A stretch of DNA of 63,490 bases, the filler included, from Neoconidiobolus thromboides FSU 785 (Eukaryota; Fungi; Entomophthoromycota): assembly GCA_025603075.1 (NCBI GenBank). It is 7 parts of 7 records of this genome, joined end to end, with 100 filler letters (N's around TTAATTAATTAA, not from the genome) between each part and the next. Parts side by side here need not be neighbours in the genome. Positions count along the whole stretch, not along the records: positions 5,217 to 18,229 come from MU626623.1; positions 18,330 to 23,206 come from MU626772.1; 5 more parts are not named here. One strand, written 5' to 3'. The position numbers were made by a program, and so were the translations under genes. The stretch's first letter is position 1. Every line of letters starts with the position of its first letter. The notes under the pieces are model-generated. The model searched no databases. It had not been told where the DNA came from and saw only the letters and a program-made list of their open reading frames with translations. Shown piece by piece: positions 11,790 through 22,019 of the stretch.

Positions 11790-13109
11790 TTAGACTCCAT
11801 ACTTTATCCAATTCATTTTAAAAATCTGGTCTAATGCTCGATAGAGTTCTGGATCATGCTTATGTGGGATAGAGGTAATAAGAAGTAAAGAAGTAGGTGG
11901 ATTATAGGTAACAGTCGATTCTCTTATTGTAAACTCGAAGTTTCGAATTTTAATAACTTGAAGATTTGGAAAAAATGATAAAAATGATAAAAAATCATCC
12001 AGATAAAAACTCAATTGATTAACTGTAATTTGTTTTATAAACTCAGCTTTGTATTTTCTAGGTTCATTTAAACCAAAATTATGACTTGAATAATAACTCA
12101 TTGATAAATAGTCAATAAAAAGATGTCGTATATTTGGTAATAATGGAAGTACACTAACTAAACTTGTAGATACATCATAAACATACAATTGTTTTGAGTA
12201 GGCTAATTTTGTTAGATAATGATCAATTGGCATGTTGAAGTCTGAACGTCCCGAAACAAATAAATTGTCTTTTTCGATTAGCTTAGTATCGCTACATATA
12301 TCAAATAAATAAACGGATGTATCTTTCAATTCTATTTGTCTTAAACAATTCAAATTACCAAGGAACTTAATATTAAAAGCATCATGAAAGTATCCTTCAA
12401 TTTTTAATTTTAAATGAGATGCAAAATTGACATTGGAGTTAAGGTTAATTGATCTACTAGTAAAATTGTAGTTTCTTAGATTTAACTCTTTTAGATTAAC
12501 AAACTTTGTTTTTATTATATCTAATCCATCAAGACTTAAATTCTCAATATTTAATGTTAGTGACTTTAGTTTATTAGGGATAAGGTGTTTAACTATACTA
12601 TCAACATTTACTTCAAATTCACTGTCTTTATATATATCCATTAATTCAATTGTTTCAATTTGATTGAGATAACTACTAAATAGCTTTAAATAACCAATAA
12701 TATTGTTGTTACAAACAACTAACTTTTTTAGTTTTGTTAGATTTGTTTTAATACTAAATTCAATATGTTGATCAATACCTTCATCATAATCAAAGTCATC
12801 GCCTTCACCATCAATTTGTAACGATGTTATATTAGGACAATTATTTAATAATTCAAGGTTGTCCTCATATAAATGTAAATGTCTCATCATTGTTCCATTT
12901 TGTTCAATAAAGTTTTGTTGGTATATTCTACACTGGTTATTCACACTATAATAACAAACTGAATAAGATAAATTATATTTAATTGTATTATTTGCAATAT
13001 TAAATAAGTATTTGTTTAAAAAGCGTAAGTCAAATAGTTCAGTTGGTCCTAATAATTTGAATATATCTTCTAATAAAACAATAGGTAAATGATCGAATTG
13101 AATAGACAT
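11790..13109 (-). CDS. F-box / LRR-like protein, paralogue 2
   Basis: Tandem paralogue of 9006-10331 with a near-identical F-box. 439 aa. Confidence 0.85.
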   Translation of the reverse strand: MSIQFDHLPIVLLEDIFKLLGPTELFDLRFLNKYLFNIANNTIKYNLSYSVCYYSVNNQCRIYQQNFIEQNGTMMRHLHLYEDNLELLNNCPNITSLQIDGEGDDFDYDEGIDQHIEFSIKTNLTKLKKLVVCNNNIIGYLKLFSSYLNQIETIELMDIYKDSEFEVNVDSIVKHLIPNKLKSLTLNIENLSLDGLDIIKTKFVNLKELNLRNYNFTSRSINLNSNVNFASHLKLKIEGYFHDAFNIKFLGNLNCLRQIELKDTSVYLFDICSDTKLIEKDNLFVSGRSDFNMPIDHYLTKLAYSKQLYVYDVSTSLVSVLPLLPNIRHLFIDYLSMSYYSSHNFGLNEPRKYKAEFIKQITVNQLSFYLDDFLSFLSFFPNLQVIKIRNFEFTIRESTVTYNPPTSLLLITSIPHKHDPELYRALDQIFKMNWIKYGV

Positions 13110-13278
13110 TGTAAATAAAATCTATAAAACAACTTATTTTTCTACTTTATATATTTTTAGAATTGATTTATTTGGTAAATTATGTAACTTTGGACCTTAA
13201 TTGGTTACTTTTTATTTAATCCAATTAAAATTAGTGATGCGTGTGAAAAATGTTCTTATATATTTTACTTTCTTATAT

Positions 13279-13369
13279 GGGGATGTATTTTTGTGTTTAA
13301 GAATTTTACTACCAATTTTTCCGCTTAAATAGCGCTTAAAAATGGAAAAATAATGAAAAAAACACTCCC
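13279..13369 (+). mobile_element. MITE copy with an orthologous empty site
   Basis: ATAT-GGGGATG...CACTCCC-ATAT. The paralogous position 10501-10504 has a single ATAT. Confidence 0.92.
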
Positions 13370-13700
13370 ATATAGTAAATTAACTTTATATGTTGATTTA
13401 TTTAGTAAATATAAAAATAATATTACATTATTATTGAATATTTTATTCGAATTCTAAATTTACTTCACTTTATAAGGACCACATGTTTTTTATATTTTAT
13501 TATCATTTTATTATTACTTTATAAATGTTTATTTTAAGCCAGTAAGTCAATATTATAGAATCAATTCAATATAAAAATATATGAGTGAATATTATTCTAT
13601 TACTTCAAACTTAAAAACATTAGTATCTGTTCCAATGTTAGCTATCTGCTGAATCTTTAATTTTTTTATTAATTTTTTTTATTAATGGAATTATTAATGT

Positions 13701-14164
13701 TGTGAAATATCATTTTGTTACCCCCATGGTTAATTATAGCATAACAATCGCCTAAGCTGTTGTGTTCTCGAATTCAGAGAAAATCAATCCCACGTTCTTA
13801 GTTTGATTTGCTATGAGAATTTCTATCTTTGTCTCAAAGAATGTTCTCCCCTCGTTTTGATATCTATACTTGTCAGAGTATAAAGTAGATTCTAAAACAT
13901 AGTAACTCGAGGCTTTTTAACTAAATTATTTCTTGATATCTCGAACATTTAATAAAGCCACTAAGTCTACTTAGTAGTATTTTACATAGATTTTATATTA
14001 GTATTGTCTATTCTATTTATCTCACATAGCATGTAGCATATTACTTGTTATTATTCATAATCTAAGTTTATTTTAGTCACATAAACTAAGACCTTTCGAC
14101 TTACAGCTAGTCAACCAACCAAGAACTACTTTTGACTCCAATCACTGAATACCAAGATTTCATA
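13701..14164 (+). mobile_element. Solo-LTR-like repeat (464 bp)
   Basis: TGTGAAATATC...GATTTCATA, homologous to 10717-11179. Confidence 0.6.
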
Positions 14165-14594
14165 AAAAGTAATCCTAGTTAGATTTTGTTCATAAAAAAG
14201 CTTTATAATTTAATATTAGTTTGAAAAAATTAGTAAATATTTGATTAAATAGAATGAAATCAACATTAACTTTAACCATTTTTCTTTATGTTTTTGTTTG
14301 GATGAATTTTTAAGTTTTTAAGTTTCTAATTCAATTTTAATATTATCGCAAATTTAACCTACATTTTACTAGGCCAATTCTCAAAATTTCCATAAGTCAA
14401 TTGCTTGCGTTTAAAAAAGTGGCACTTACCTTAACAAATATGTATAAACTGGATTTGTTCCTTTAAGGTATATAAAGAGTGGCATGTGTTTTAATGTAAT
14501 CAATCTTTTTTTCTATTTTGGTCATCAAAAATTTAAATATTTGTTTTATCATCTAATTTCAAATTAAGAAAGTAAAGTTGTAATTATATTATAA

Positions 14595-16343
14595 ATGGTG
14601 TATAAAATAAAAGTTATATATATGTTGGTATTGTTACTATTGGAAGGTATAATAAAAGGTAAATGTGAAGAAATCAAAAAGGAAAATAAAGAGTTTGTAA
14701 AGTGTAGTACAATAATATATGATCAAATGTTATTAATACATAATACAATAAAAAAGAAAGAAATTAATAGCAAAGAGGAAACAAGCGAGAAAGGACTAAG
14801 CTAAAATAATGGCCATTTTCTAGTTAACTTAACTTCAGCTATCAATCTAGATCAGATATATTCAAATATAAATATTAAAAAAAACATTGTAAGTAATACA
14901 ATTGATTTACACTTTTTTATATATAACAATACGAATTTAAATGCTGTAGTAAGTATAGATATATTTCATTCAAATAGTAGAAATAAAGATGGTGGAGACC
15001 CATTGTCACAAATATACACCATTAATTTAGATAAAGAAGAATGGAACTTTAAAATAGGCATTCTTTCAAGTTATGATAAGAAAATCTTCAGTGGAAGATC
15101 AATAATAAGTACCAATAATAAGCTATATAGTTATGGTGGTTTGTTGTTAGATTTATCAACCAACTTTCCTTTATTAACAAATAATTTTAGAGGCACTGTA
15201 TTTAACTATACCAAATATTTATATCTTGAACATAAATTAAATTCTCATCTGCCTCCTAATGCTTTTCACACAGCCACTATGATCAATTCTACTACTATAG
15301 TTGTTCTTGGCGGTGTATCTTATAGTAAGTTTTATGATATCAAGCTTGATAGTACAATTTCATCAAATGCTCAAATTTATTATGGTGAACCAACAATAGC
15401 AAATTTAAGATATGCTTATTTGTATACTTTAGAATCAGAAATATCTGAAAGGATAGAAACAACAAACTATGATAATAGGGTAAGAGCAGGCCATTCAGCT
15501 ACTTATTTGTCGAATTTAAATTGTATACTTGTTTATGGTGGTGCAAATAAACCAAATGATTATACTATTTTATATAATGATATTCAATTATTAAACTTGA
15601 ATAGTTGGGAATGGACAAAAATTAATATTATTGATTTAAACAATGAAATCTTTAATGTTGGGAGAGCGTGGCATTCAAGTGAATTGGTTGGCAACAAATT
15701 AGTATTTTTTTATGGAGATATTGATTATGAATATAATAATGATAAAAAACATTATATTATAGCCATTGATTTACAAACACTTGATTTGGATAAAAAAACA
15801 GTTAAAATGAGTAATATAATTGGACCTGCAATAAAAAAGAGTAATGAAGTGTTTTCTGAATTTTATACAACAAATGAATATTTGAGTTATAGTAAGAGTA
15901 GTATGGATGATTTGTCGTATTATTACAACAGTTCAGGAATTGATGAAATTGTTGGTATCTCAATTGGAGTAATCTTATTGCTATTAGTTATCTATGGTTT
16001 ATATTATTATTATAAAAGAATAAAACAAAAAAAGAGCACTCATAATAATATAATAATATCTTCACCTTCTTTAGACTCATTAAAGTTATCGCATCCTAAT
16101 GGTAAAGATGGAGATAAATATGGTATCTGGGAGTTGAATTCTCATTATACTAATTCTTCAATTAGTGATTTCGGAATGGAATCAAATCGGCTAGATAACC
16201 CTATAGTTTTACATCATAATATTACTATATCATCTAGTAATAAAGCAACTAAAATAAATTTGAGCGAAGGAGTGATTGTTCTAACCAATGATTCTACTGT
16301 AAACAACACTAACTCTAATTTGGCTAATACTTCTAGCAAATAA
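14595..16343 (+). CDS. Signal peptide + kelch beta-propeller + TM protein, with one in-frame TAA at 14802-14804 (possible pseudogene)
   Basis: ORFs 14595-14804 and 15003-16343 are in the same frame, and 14805-15002 is open. Kelch motifs FHTATMI..IVVLGG, GHSATY..ILVYGG, RAWHSSELVG. TM segment IVGISIGVILLLLVIYGLYYYY followed by KRIK. Confidence 0.75.
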
Positions 16344-16818
16344 ATGCTTTATTATGCTACTTTTAACTATACTGTTAATATGTTTTAAACAATTTAATGT
16401 TTGTTTTATAAATAAGATAATTGTAATATTTTTTTTACTAAACGATCAAACAAGTAAAAAACAGTAAAATTACTATGTATGTTATTTCTTAAACCATAGT
16501 AGCTTTTAGTGTTTAATTTATAGTTTAAATTATTTTATTATTGCCTTATACTTCAGAAAATTTAATAAGCTGTTTAGTGAAAAAACTTTATAGTTGTTAT
16601 TCTGCATCCTAATCAAAGCATTTACACATCTGCTCAAGTTGCCATATTTTATTTAAAAACTATAATTTTTGAAATAAAATTACATATTTCAAAAGTAACA
16701 ATTAAATTCATTTAAGATTGTTATAAAAAAATCAATATTAATGGATGATCTAACAGTAAAGAAAGATATATAAATATAAAATAGAAATCAATCGAAATTA
16801 GCTTCAAAATTATAAAAA

Positions 16819-17082
16819 ATGAGAAATTTCAATCTACTCTGTCTAATACTATTCTTTTTTATATTTATACTCAGTAACAGTAGTGAAAAGTTAATATCTA
16901 GTGGAAAAATAAGCAAAGGTAGTAGACATTTACTATCTTTATTTGGTTTTGGTTTTGGATCTCAAGCTATTGCAGGTGCTTTTGTTTTTATTATTAGTAA
17001 AGCTATAGAGACAATTACTCGAAAGATATTCAAAACAGTTACTACTCCACTTTTAAAAGCTAAAAAGAAACTAATCAAATAG
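16819..17082 (+). CDS. Secreted cationic peptide A (87 aa), complete copy
   Basis: Signal peptide, then a mature region with 11 K + 2 R vs 2 E and no Cys. C-terminus PLLKAKKKLIK. Confidence 0.8.
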   Translation: MRNFNLLCLILFFFIFILSNSSEKLISSGKISKGSRHLLSLFGFGFGSQAIAGAFVFIISKAIETITRKIFKTVTTPLLKAKKKLIK

Positions 17083-18229
17083 AGTCTTATCACTCAATAA
17101 ACTATTTATCTTTTTGTGAATAGAATTTATGTTATCATGTTGACTTTTAAGCTATTCCAAAAACTTCCTTGAAGAAATTTATAGAGATTTTATATAGCAT
17201 TTTTAATGTAATATAAACAGTTGTATTTAAGGTAATTTATATTTATAAAGCATTTTTTTAATATTTTGAAAGGTATAAATTAATTTAAAAAGACAATTTG
17301 GGAAAATTAATAAAAATCAATATTAAACTTTGGATGATCAAAAAATAAAAAAAAAATATAAAAAAGATAATCAATAAATACAAGCTTAATATTACAAAAA
17401 ATGAGGAATTTTAATTTGATATATTTGACAGTAGTCCTTTTAATTCTTATACTTAGTAGTTATGGTAAAGAGCTGATTGATAGTAGAAAAGTAAGTAAGG
17501 GTAGTGGAAAAGTATTATCATTTTTAGGCGTTGATTTTAAATATCAAGTTGCTGCAAGTGTTGCTGTATTTGTAGCTAGTAAAGTTGCACAAGGAGTGGT
17601 TATAAAATCTGCCAAAAAAATTACATCCCCGCTTTTAAAAGCTAAAAGTAAATTAATTAACTAAGTTAAATCGATTTGTCAATTTCTTTTATTTTATCAT
17701 TATTAATTTTTAAAATAAACTGGTTTACTATTAAGTGCTGTTAATTTCTTTTATATTTTATGTAACTTTGTTGATTATTTGGTTCCCATCATCATACAGA
17801 TTAGAATAGTAGATCTAGAGAGTTTATAGAAGATATAGGCTAATTTTATTATAAACTGTTGAAAGTATTGCTCAAATAGATGTCGCGTTATTATTAAAAT
17901 AAAGAGAGTACCCAAATTAAGAGATATAGTATCAAAAACCTCAAGATCCTTTAAATCTGTTTGAAACGTTAACTTTAACTCATACTTTTTTATAATTTGA
18001 CATTGATTTATACAAAAGATATATATGATATATATACTTTTGAAACATCTCTTCAGCTTAGAGCTTTAAAACAGTAAAACAAATCTTTGAAATCTTTGAA
18101 TTAAACCGTTATAAGTATTGGGGTTGTCTGAATTAGTTTCATTATTTTATCCAATTTTTGAAAAATTTTGTATTTTAAAAACTTCGCTTAAAATTCTATA
18201 AAATCATATCTTTTATTAAAACAAAAGTA
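16930..18229 (+). repeat. 1.3-kb direct repeat, copy 2
   Basis: Matches 5217-6516 and ends exactly at the assembly pad. Confidence 0.95.
17401..17664 (+). CDS. Secreted cationic peptide B, copy 2
   Basis: Protein identical to 5688-5951, with a synonymous GCT/GCC difference. Confidence 0.8.
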   Translation: MRNFNLIYLTVVLLILILSSYGKELIDSRKVSKGSGKVLSFLGVDFKYQVAASVAVFVASKVAQGVVIKSAKKITSPLLKAKSKLIN

Positions 18230-18329
18230 NNNNNNNNNNNNNNNNNNNNNNNNNNNNNNNNNNNNNNNNNNNNTTAATTAATTAANNNNNNNNNNNNNNN
18301 NNNNNNNNNNNNNNNNNNNNNNNNNNNNN

Positions 18330-18953
18330 GTAATATATCCTGAATTTACTCTATTAGATTTAGCAGGGCCAGCTGAAATCTTTAGTGATAATAGTGATAT
18401 ATTTGAAACTGTAACCATTGGTATGAATAGAAATGGAACCGTTCCTTCTCAAAGAAATAGATTGTTATTTAATACAGAATTAAGTATGGAAGAAGCGGTC
18501 CAGCAAGAGTTCGATATACTAGCAATACCAGGTGCTTTTATAGATGGATTAAGGATATTAGAAGACAAAGTATTTATAAATAAATATAAACAACTTTGCA
18601 ATAAAGCTAAAGTGGTATTTACTGTTTGCACTGGCTCTTTAGTATTAGCTAAAACTGGATTAATTGATGGTGTGTATGCTACTACTAATAAAATGGCCTA
18701 CCCTATGTATACACCCTTACTTCGTAAAATCAACTGGATCTATCACGCTCGTTGGGTACATAATAAAAAATATATTACTTCGAGCGGGATAGCTGCTGGT
18801 GTAGACGCGGCCATGTATATCCTTTCTTTAATCAAAGGCGACGAGAGTGCTAAGCGTTACTCGGATGTGATAGAATATGAGTATAACGATAATCCAGATA
18901 ATGATCCATACGCAATTCCGGGTTTAGGACAACATATGAAATTTTTCTCATAA
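18330..18953 (+). CDS. DJ-1/PfpI (ThiJ / isonitrile-hydratase-like) protein, 5'-truncated by gap
   Basis: Open from 18330: VIYPEFTLLDLAGPAE...DILAIPG...VCTGSLVLAKTGLIDG.YATTNK...TSSGIAAGVD. Confidence 0.85.
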   Translation, partial: VIYPEFTLLDLAGPAEIFSDNSDIFETVTIGMNRNGTVPSQRNRLLFNTELSMEEAVQQEFDILAIPGAFIDGLRILEDKVFINKYKQLCNKAKVVFTVCTGSLVLAKTGLIDGVYATTNKMAYPMYTPLLRKINWIYHARWVHNKKYITSSGIAAGVDAAMYILSLIKGDESAKRYSDVIEYEYNDNPDNDPYAIPGLGQHMKFFS

Positions 18954-21236
18954 TAAAATAAATTAATTATAATATAAAAGCAAATTCTCATTTAGTTCTT
19001 AAAATCAAAACAACGATACAAAGTGATAGTCAAACATGTTTAAAGATTTTTTTAACATTATTTGTTAAACACTAATTAATCACATATAACTTAGCAATAG
19101 TTTTGAACAAAAATCAAGCAATCAGCGTTGGTTTAGTGATAAATTTCCTGTTTGTCATACGGCTGTCCTGTGTATGCTTCTGAGCGCCCCATTGCTATTG
19201 TTGTTGAATCATTATATCCTCTTTTGAAAAATAAATGAGCTTGTTATTTTTTTATCATATCTTCAATTTGTAAGTTTAATCTTGGCTGGATTTACCAATC
19301 CGAACTGCTCAAAAATCTTGACTTTTTGTAATATGTTTTCTTTAAAGGCTCTGGATCTGGATTTAAACAAAGGATAGAAAAAGACCAATAAGCTATCAAT
19401 ATGACTAGAAAGGAAGTATTCCCAATGATAAACTTGCTTATTAGGTAAATATTCTATTAATCATATTAGGTTTAATATCAAAGCTTCATAAAAGTTAATT
19501 GGATAATAAACCATCTACTAGTGTACAGTCTGGTTATATTACTACTCAAATAAACAAACTTAAATTTAACTTAAAGCCAATATATTTAACTAAAAATGCT
19601 TTTTAAAACGTTTCCTATATATCATCTGGATTTAATGGTAGCTAGTTGTAAAATCATGTTCCTTGTTACATTAATTATATTAAAATCATCATATATAATA
19701 AGTGTAATTTTATCATAAATTATTGAGATTTTTAGTAAATAGTATTTGAACATATGGATTAAAGTAACTTTTAATTAAATCTTTTAATGGACTCTAGTAA
19801 AGTATACTAAATTATACTGAAAACCTTAATAAAATTTAACCTAAAGTTATCAGAATAGATTTAGTTGCAAATATGGCTCATATAACTTTTTCTTTATGAA
19901 TCTTTAATAATATACTTTTATTGAGTTAAATGCTAAAAATTTTATTTCCATAAACTGTAAGTATATTATGTATATATAATCCATCTATGTTTTTTTTGAT
20001 TCTGACACCTGTCGTTAGTATTAAGCATTGCTTTTCTAACCTTGCTCTCATTTAAGCTTCACTGTTATTTAGTTAGTAAAACTATTTTGGAAATGCCTAC
20101 TTGAATAAACATTGTCTCTTCAATTGCCTTTATAAACAATGCCGCATTTGAATGCCTTACCAATTTTCCATTAACATAAGCAAGCTGGGTACTTTTGGGA
20201 TTTATAAAAAAACTGCTGTTTACTTCCGGAATAAACAAGTTTTACTATTTATTGAGAAAATTAATGTGTATAAATTAGTAAATTATAATTAATTGAAAAT
20301 GCTGATATATTTATTCCGCTTTCTTATTGAGTTGATGTAACTGCCCCAGACACATGTTTTATAACTATAATGAATATTGTTGGTTGTACTCATTTTAGCG
20401 CTGAATTAATACCTAAAATATCACAATAATGGTTTAGGTGGTTTTTTTATCAATTTATATTCTAGTTTGTTTGTAGGGTGTTCTGATAAAGTTCTTTATA
20501 ACTGGAATTAATATGATTATTTAGTTATAAATTGATATTAATATGCTGCAATTAAAATAAAAGGAGATTAAAACTATATTACGTGCTAATAGTTAATTTA
20601 TTAATTATTTCACTACATAATAAAACTATTGAAATAAATATGATTTACAGACACTAGGCCTTTACTCTACTGAACAAGATTATTACATATTCTGACTTTA
20701 TAATTTGGTATTATAGTATTCGTCTAATAGCAACAGAGACCTTGCTTTTCAGAACATTTAAACAGCTGACAATACCCCAAAGCACGTTAACTAAGAATAT
20801 TACCAGAGAATACAAAAAAGTTTTGCTTCTTAAAATATATCTAATCATATGTGGTCAAAGGAATAACTACCACCCTATACTTTAATTACCTAATTTAATG
20901 CCTTTAATAAATGAAGGATCGATTTCAAATAGCCACAATATACAGTAAAATACTAAAAAGTGGATTTATAATCGTAAAAGTCGGAGAAAAAACACCAAAA
21001 AGTCGGAAAAACCCAATAAATGTACTTTTAAAAGTATAGAATAAGGGAGTAAAAAAGGCGTGAAATAGCAATAAGATTTTCTATAAATTAGCTATTTCGG
21101 AACAAACAAAATTACCACCAAATGGATTCTGAATCAAAAAGTATAAATAAGCTAAATTTTGCTTCATCATTGATTCAGTTTTTTGTAAAAGAAACTATTT
21201 CCTTTTTTTGCATTTGATTTTTACATTTTCTCAACA

Positions 21237-22019
21237 ATGCCACGCTCATACACCAAAAAGCCCTCCAAATCCAACAAAGCTCCCAAAGTAGTCAAAAGCA
21301 CAAAGACCGTCACCACTTCCAAGCCTAAAAAGAATTTACAAAGGGGTCCAAGAGCCGTTGCATGTGACAACTGTAGAAATTGGAAAAAGGAATGCTCCAG
21401 AGATCGATTTCCTGGCTGTAAAAGCTGTGTTAGTAAAAAGAAAAAATGTACATATTCTTATGCTGATACAAAAAACAAAACCGATGGCATATATCCTGTT
21501 GATAATGAAACCAAGCCTTTAAGCCTACCAGTTTCACCATCAGCTCCTATTTCTACGCAAAATGATATTACTATTCCGCCATTTTCGGGAGAGCCTTTAA
21601 GCTGTTCTCCAAGTAAATTAAATGGCGGATTAAAGGTACCACGCTGTACTCCAGTTTCAAATTTACCACCACACTATCACAGGAGTAGATTAAATAGTAT
21701 GCCAGAATTACCAAGCTTCTCATCAGTCTTTGGGCCATTACTTGCTTCAGTATCGAGACCAGATGCTCAATATAATCGAGCTAGATTAAATAGCTTGCCA
21801 CAATTACCAAAGCTATCAACGGCAATCGGTGATCCCTCGGCATCTCAGCCATCAAGAGCTGACTTGCTTAACTATTTACCTCCTATATCTATCTTATCAC
21901 CAGTAATAAGTTATTCTTCACCAGCTCAGTCATTGGAACTTGAGTTGCCTAGTTACTTACCTCCTATAGTCAATAAGCCTGAATTCGGTACTAATTGTTC
22001 ATACTATCGTTTAAATTAA
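21237..22019 (+). CDS. Zn(II)2Cys6 binuclear-cluster transcription factor
   Basis: ACDNCRNWKKECSRDRFPGCKSCVSKKKKCTY motif, then a Pro/Ser-rich tail. Confidence 0.85.
   Translation: MPRSYTKKPSKSNKAPKVVKSTKTVTTSKPKKNLQRGPRAVACDNCRNWKKECSRDRFPGCKSCVSKKKKCTYSYADTKNKTDGIYPVDNETKPLSLPVSPSAPISTQNDITIPPFSGEPLSCSPSKLNGGLKVPRCTPVSNLPPHYHRSRLNSMPELPSFSSVFGPLLASVSRPDAQYNRARLNSLPQLPKLSTAIGDPSASQPSRADLLNYLPPISILSPVISYSSPAQSLELELPSYLPPIVNKPEFGTNCSYYRLN

Noticed and set aside
14802-14804. Alternative genetic code (TAA reassigned)
   Set aside because: Conserved genes here (MET22, AIM41, tyrosinase, peptide B) terminate at TAA, and other long ORFs lack internal TAA.
19000-20600. Minus-strand fragments (e.g. 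LVRHSNAALF..QVGISKIV) suggestive of a tyrosine recombinase/Crypton
   Set aside because: The motif match is weak and the frames are heavily interrupted. It needs a translated HMM search.
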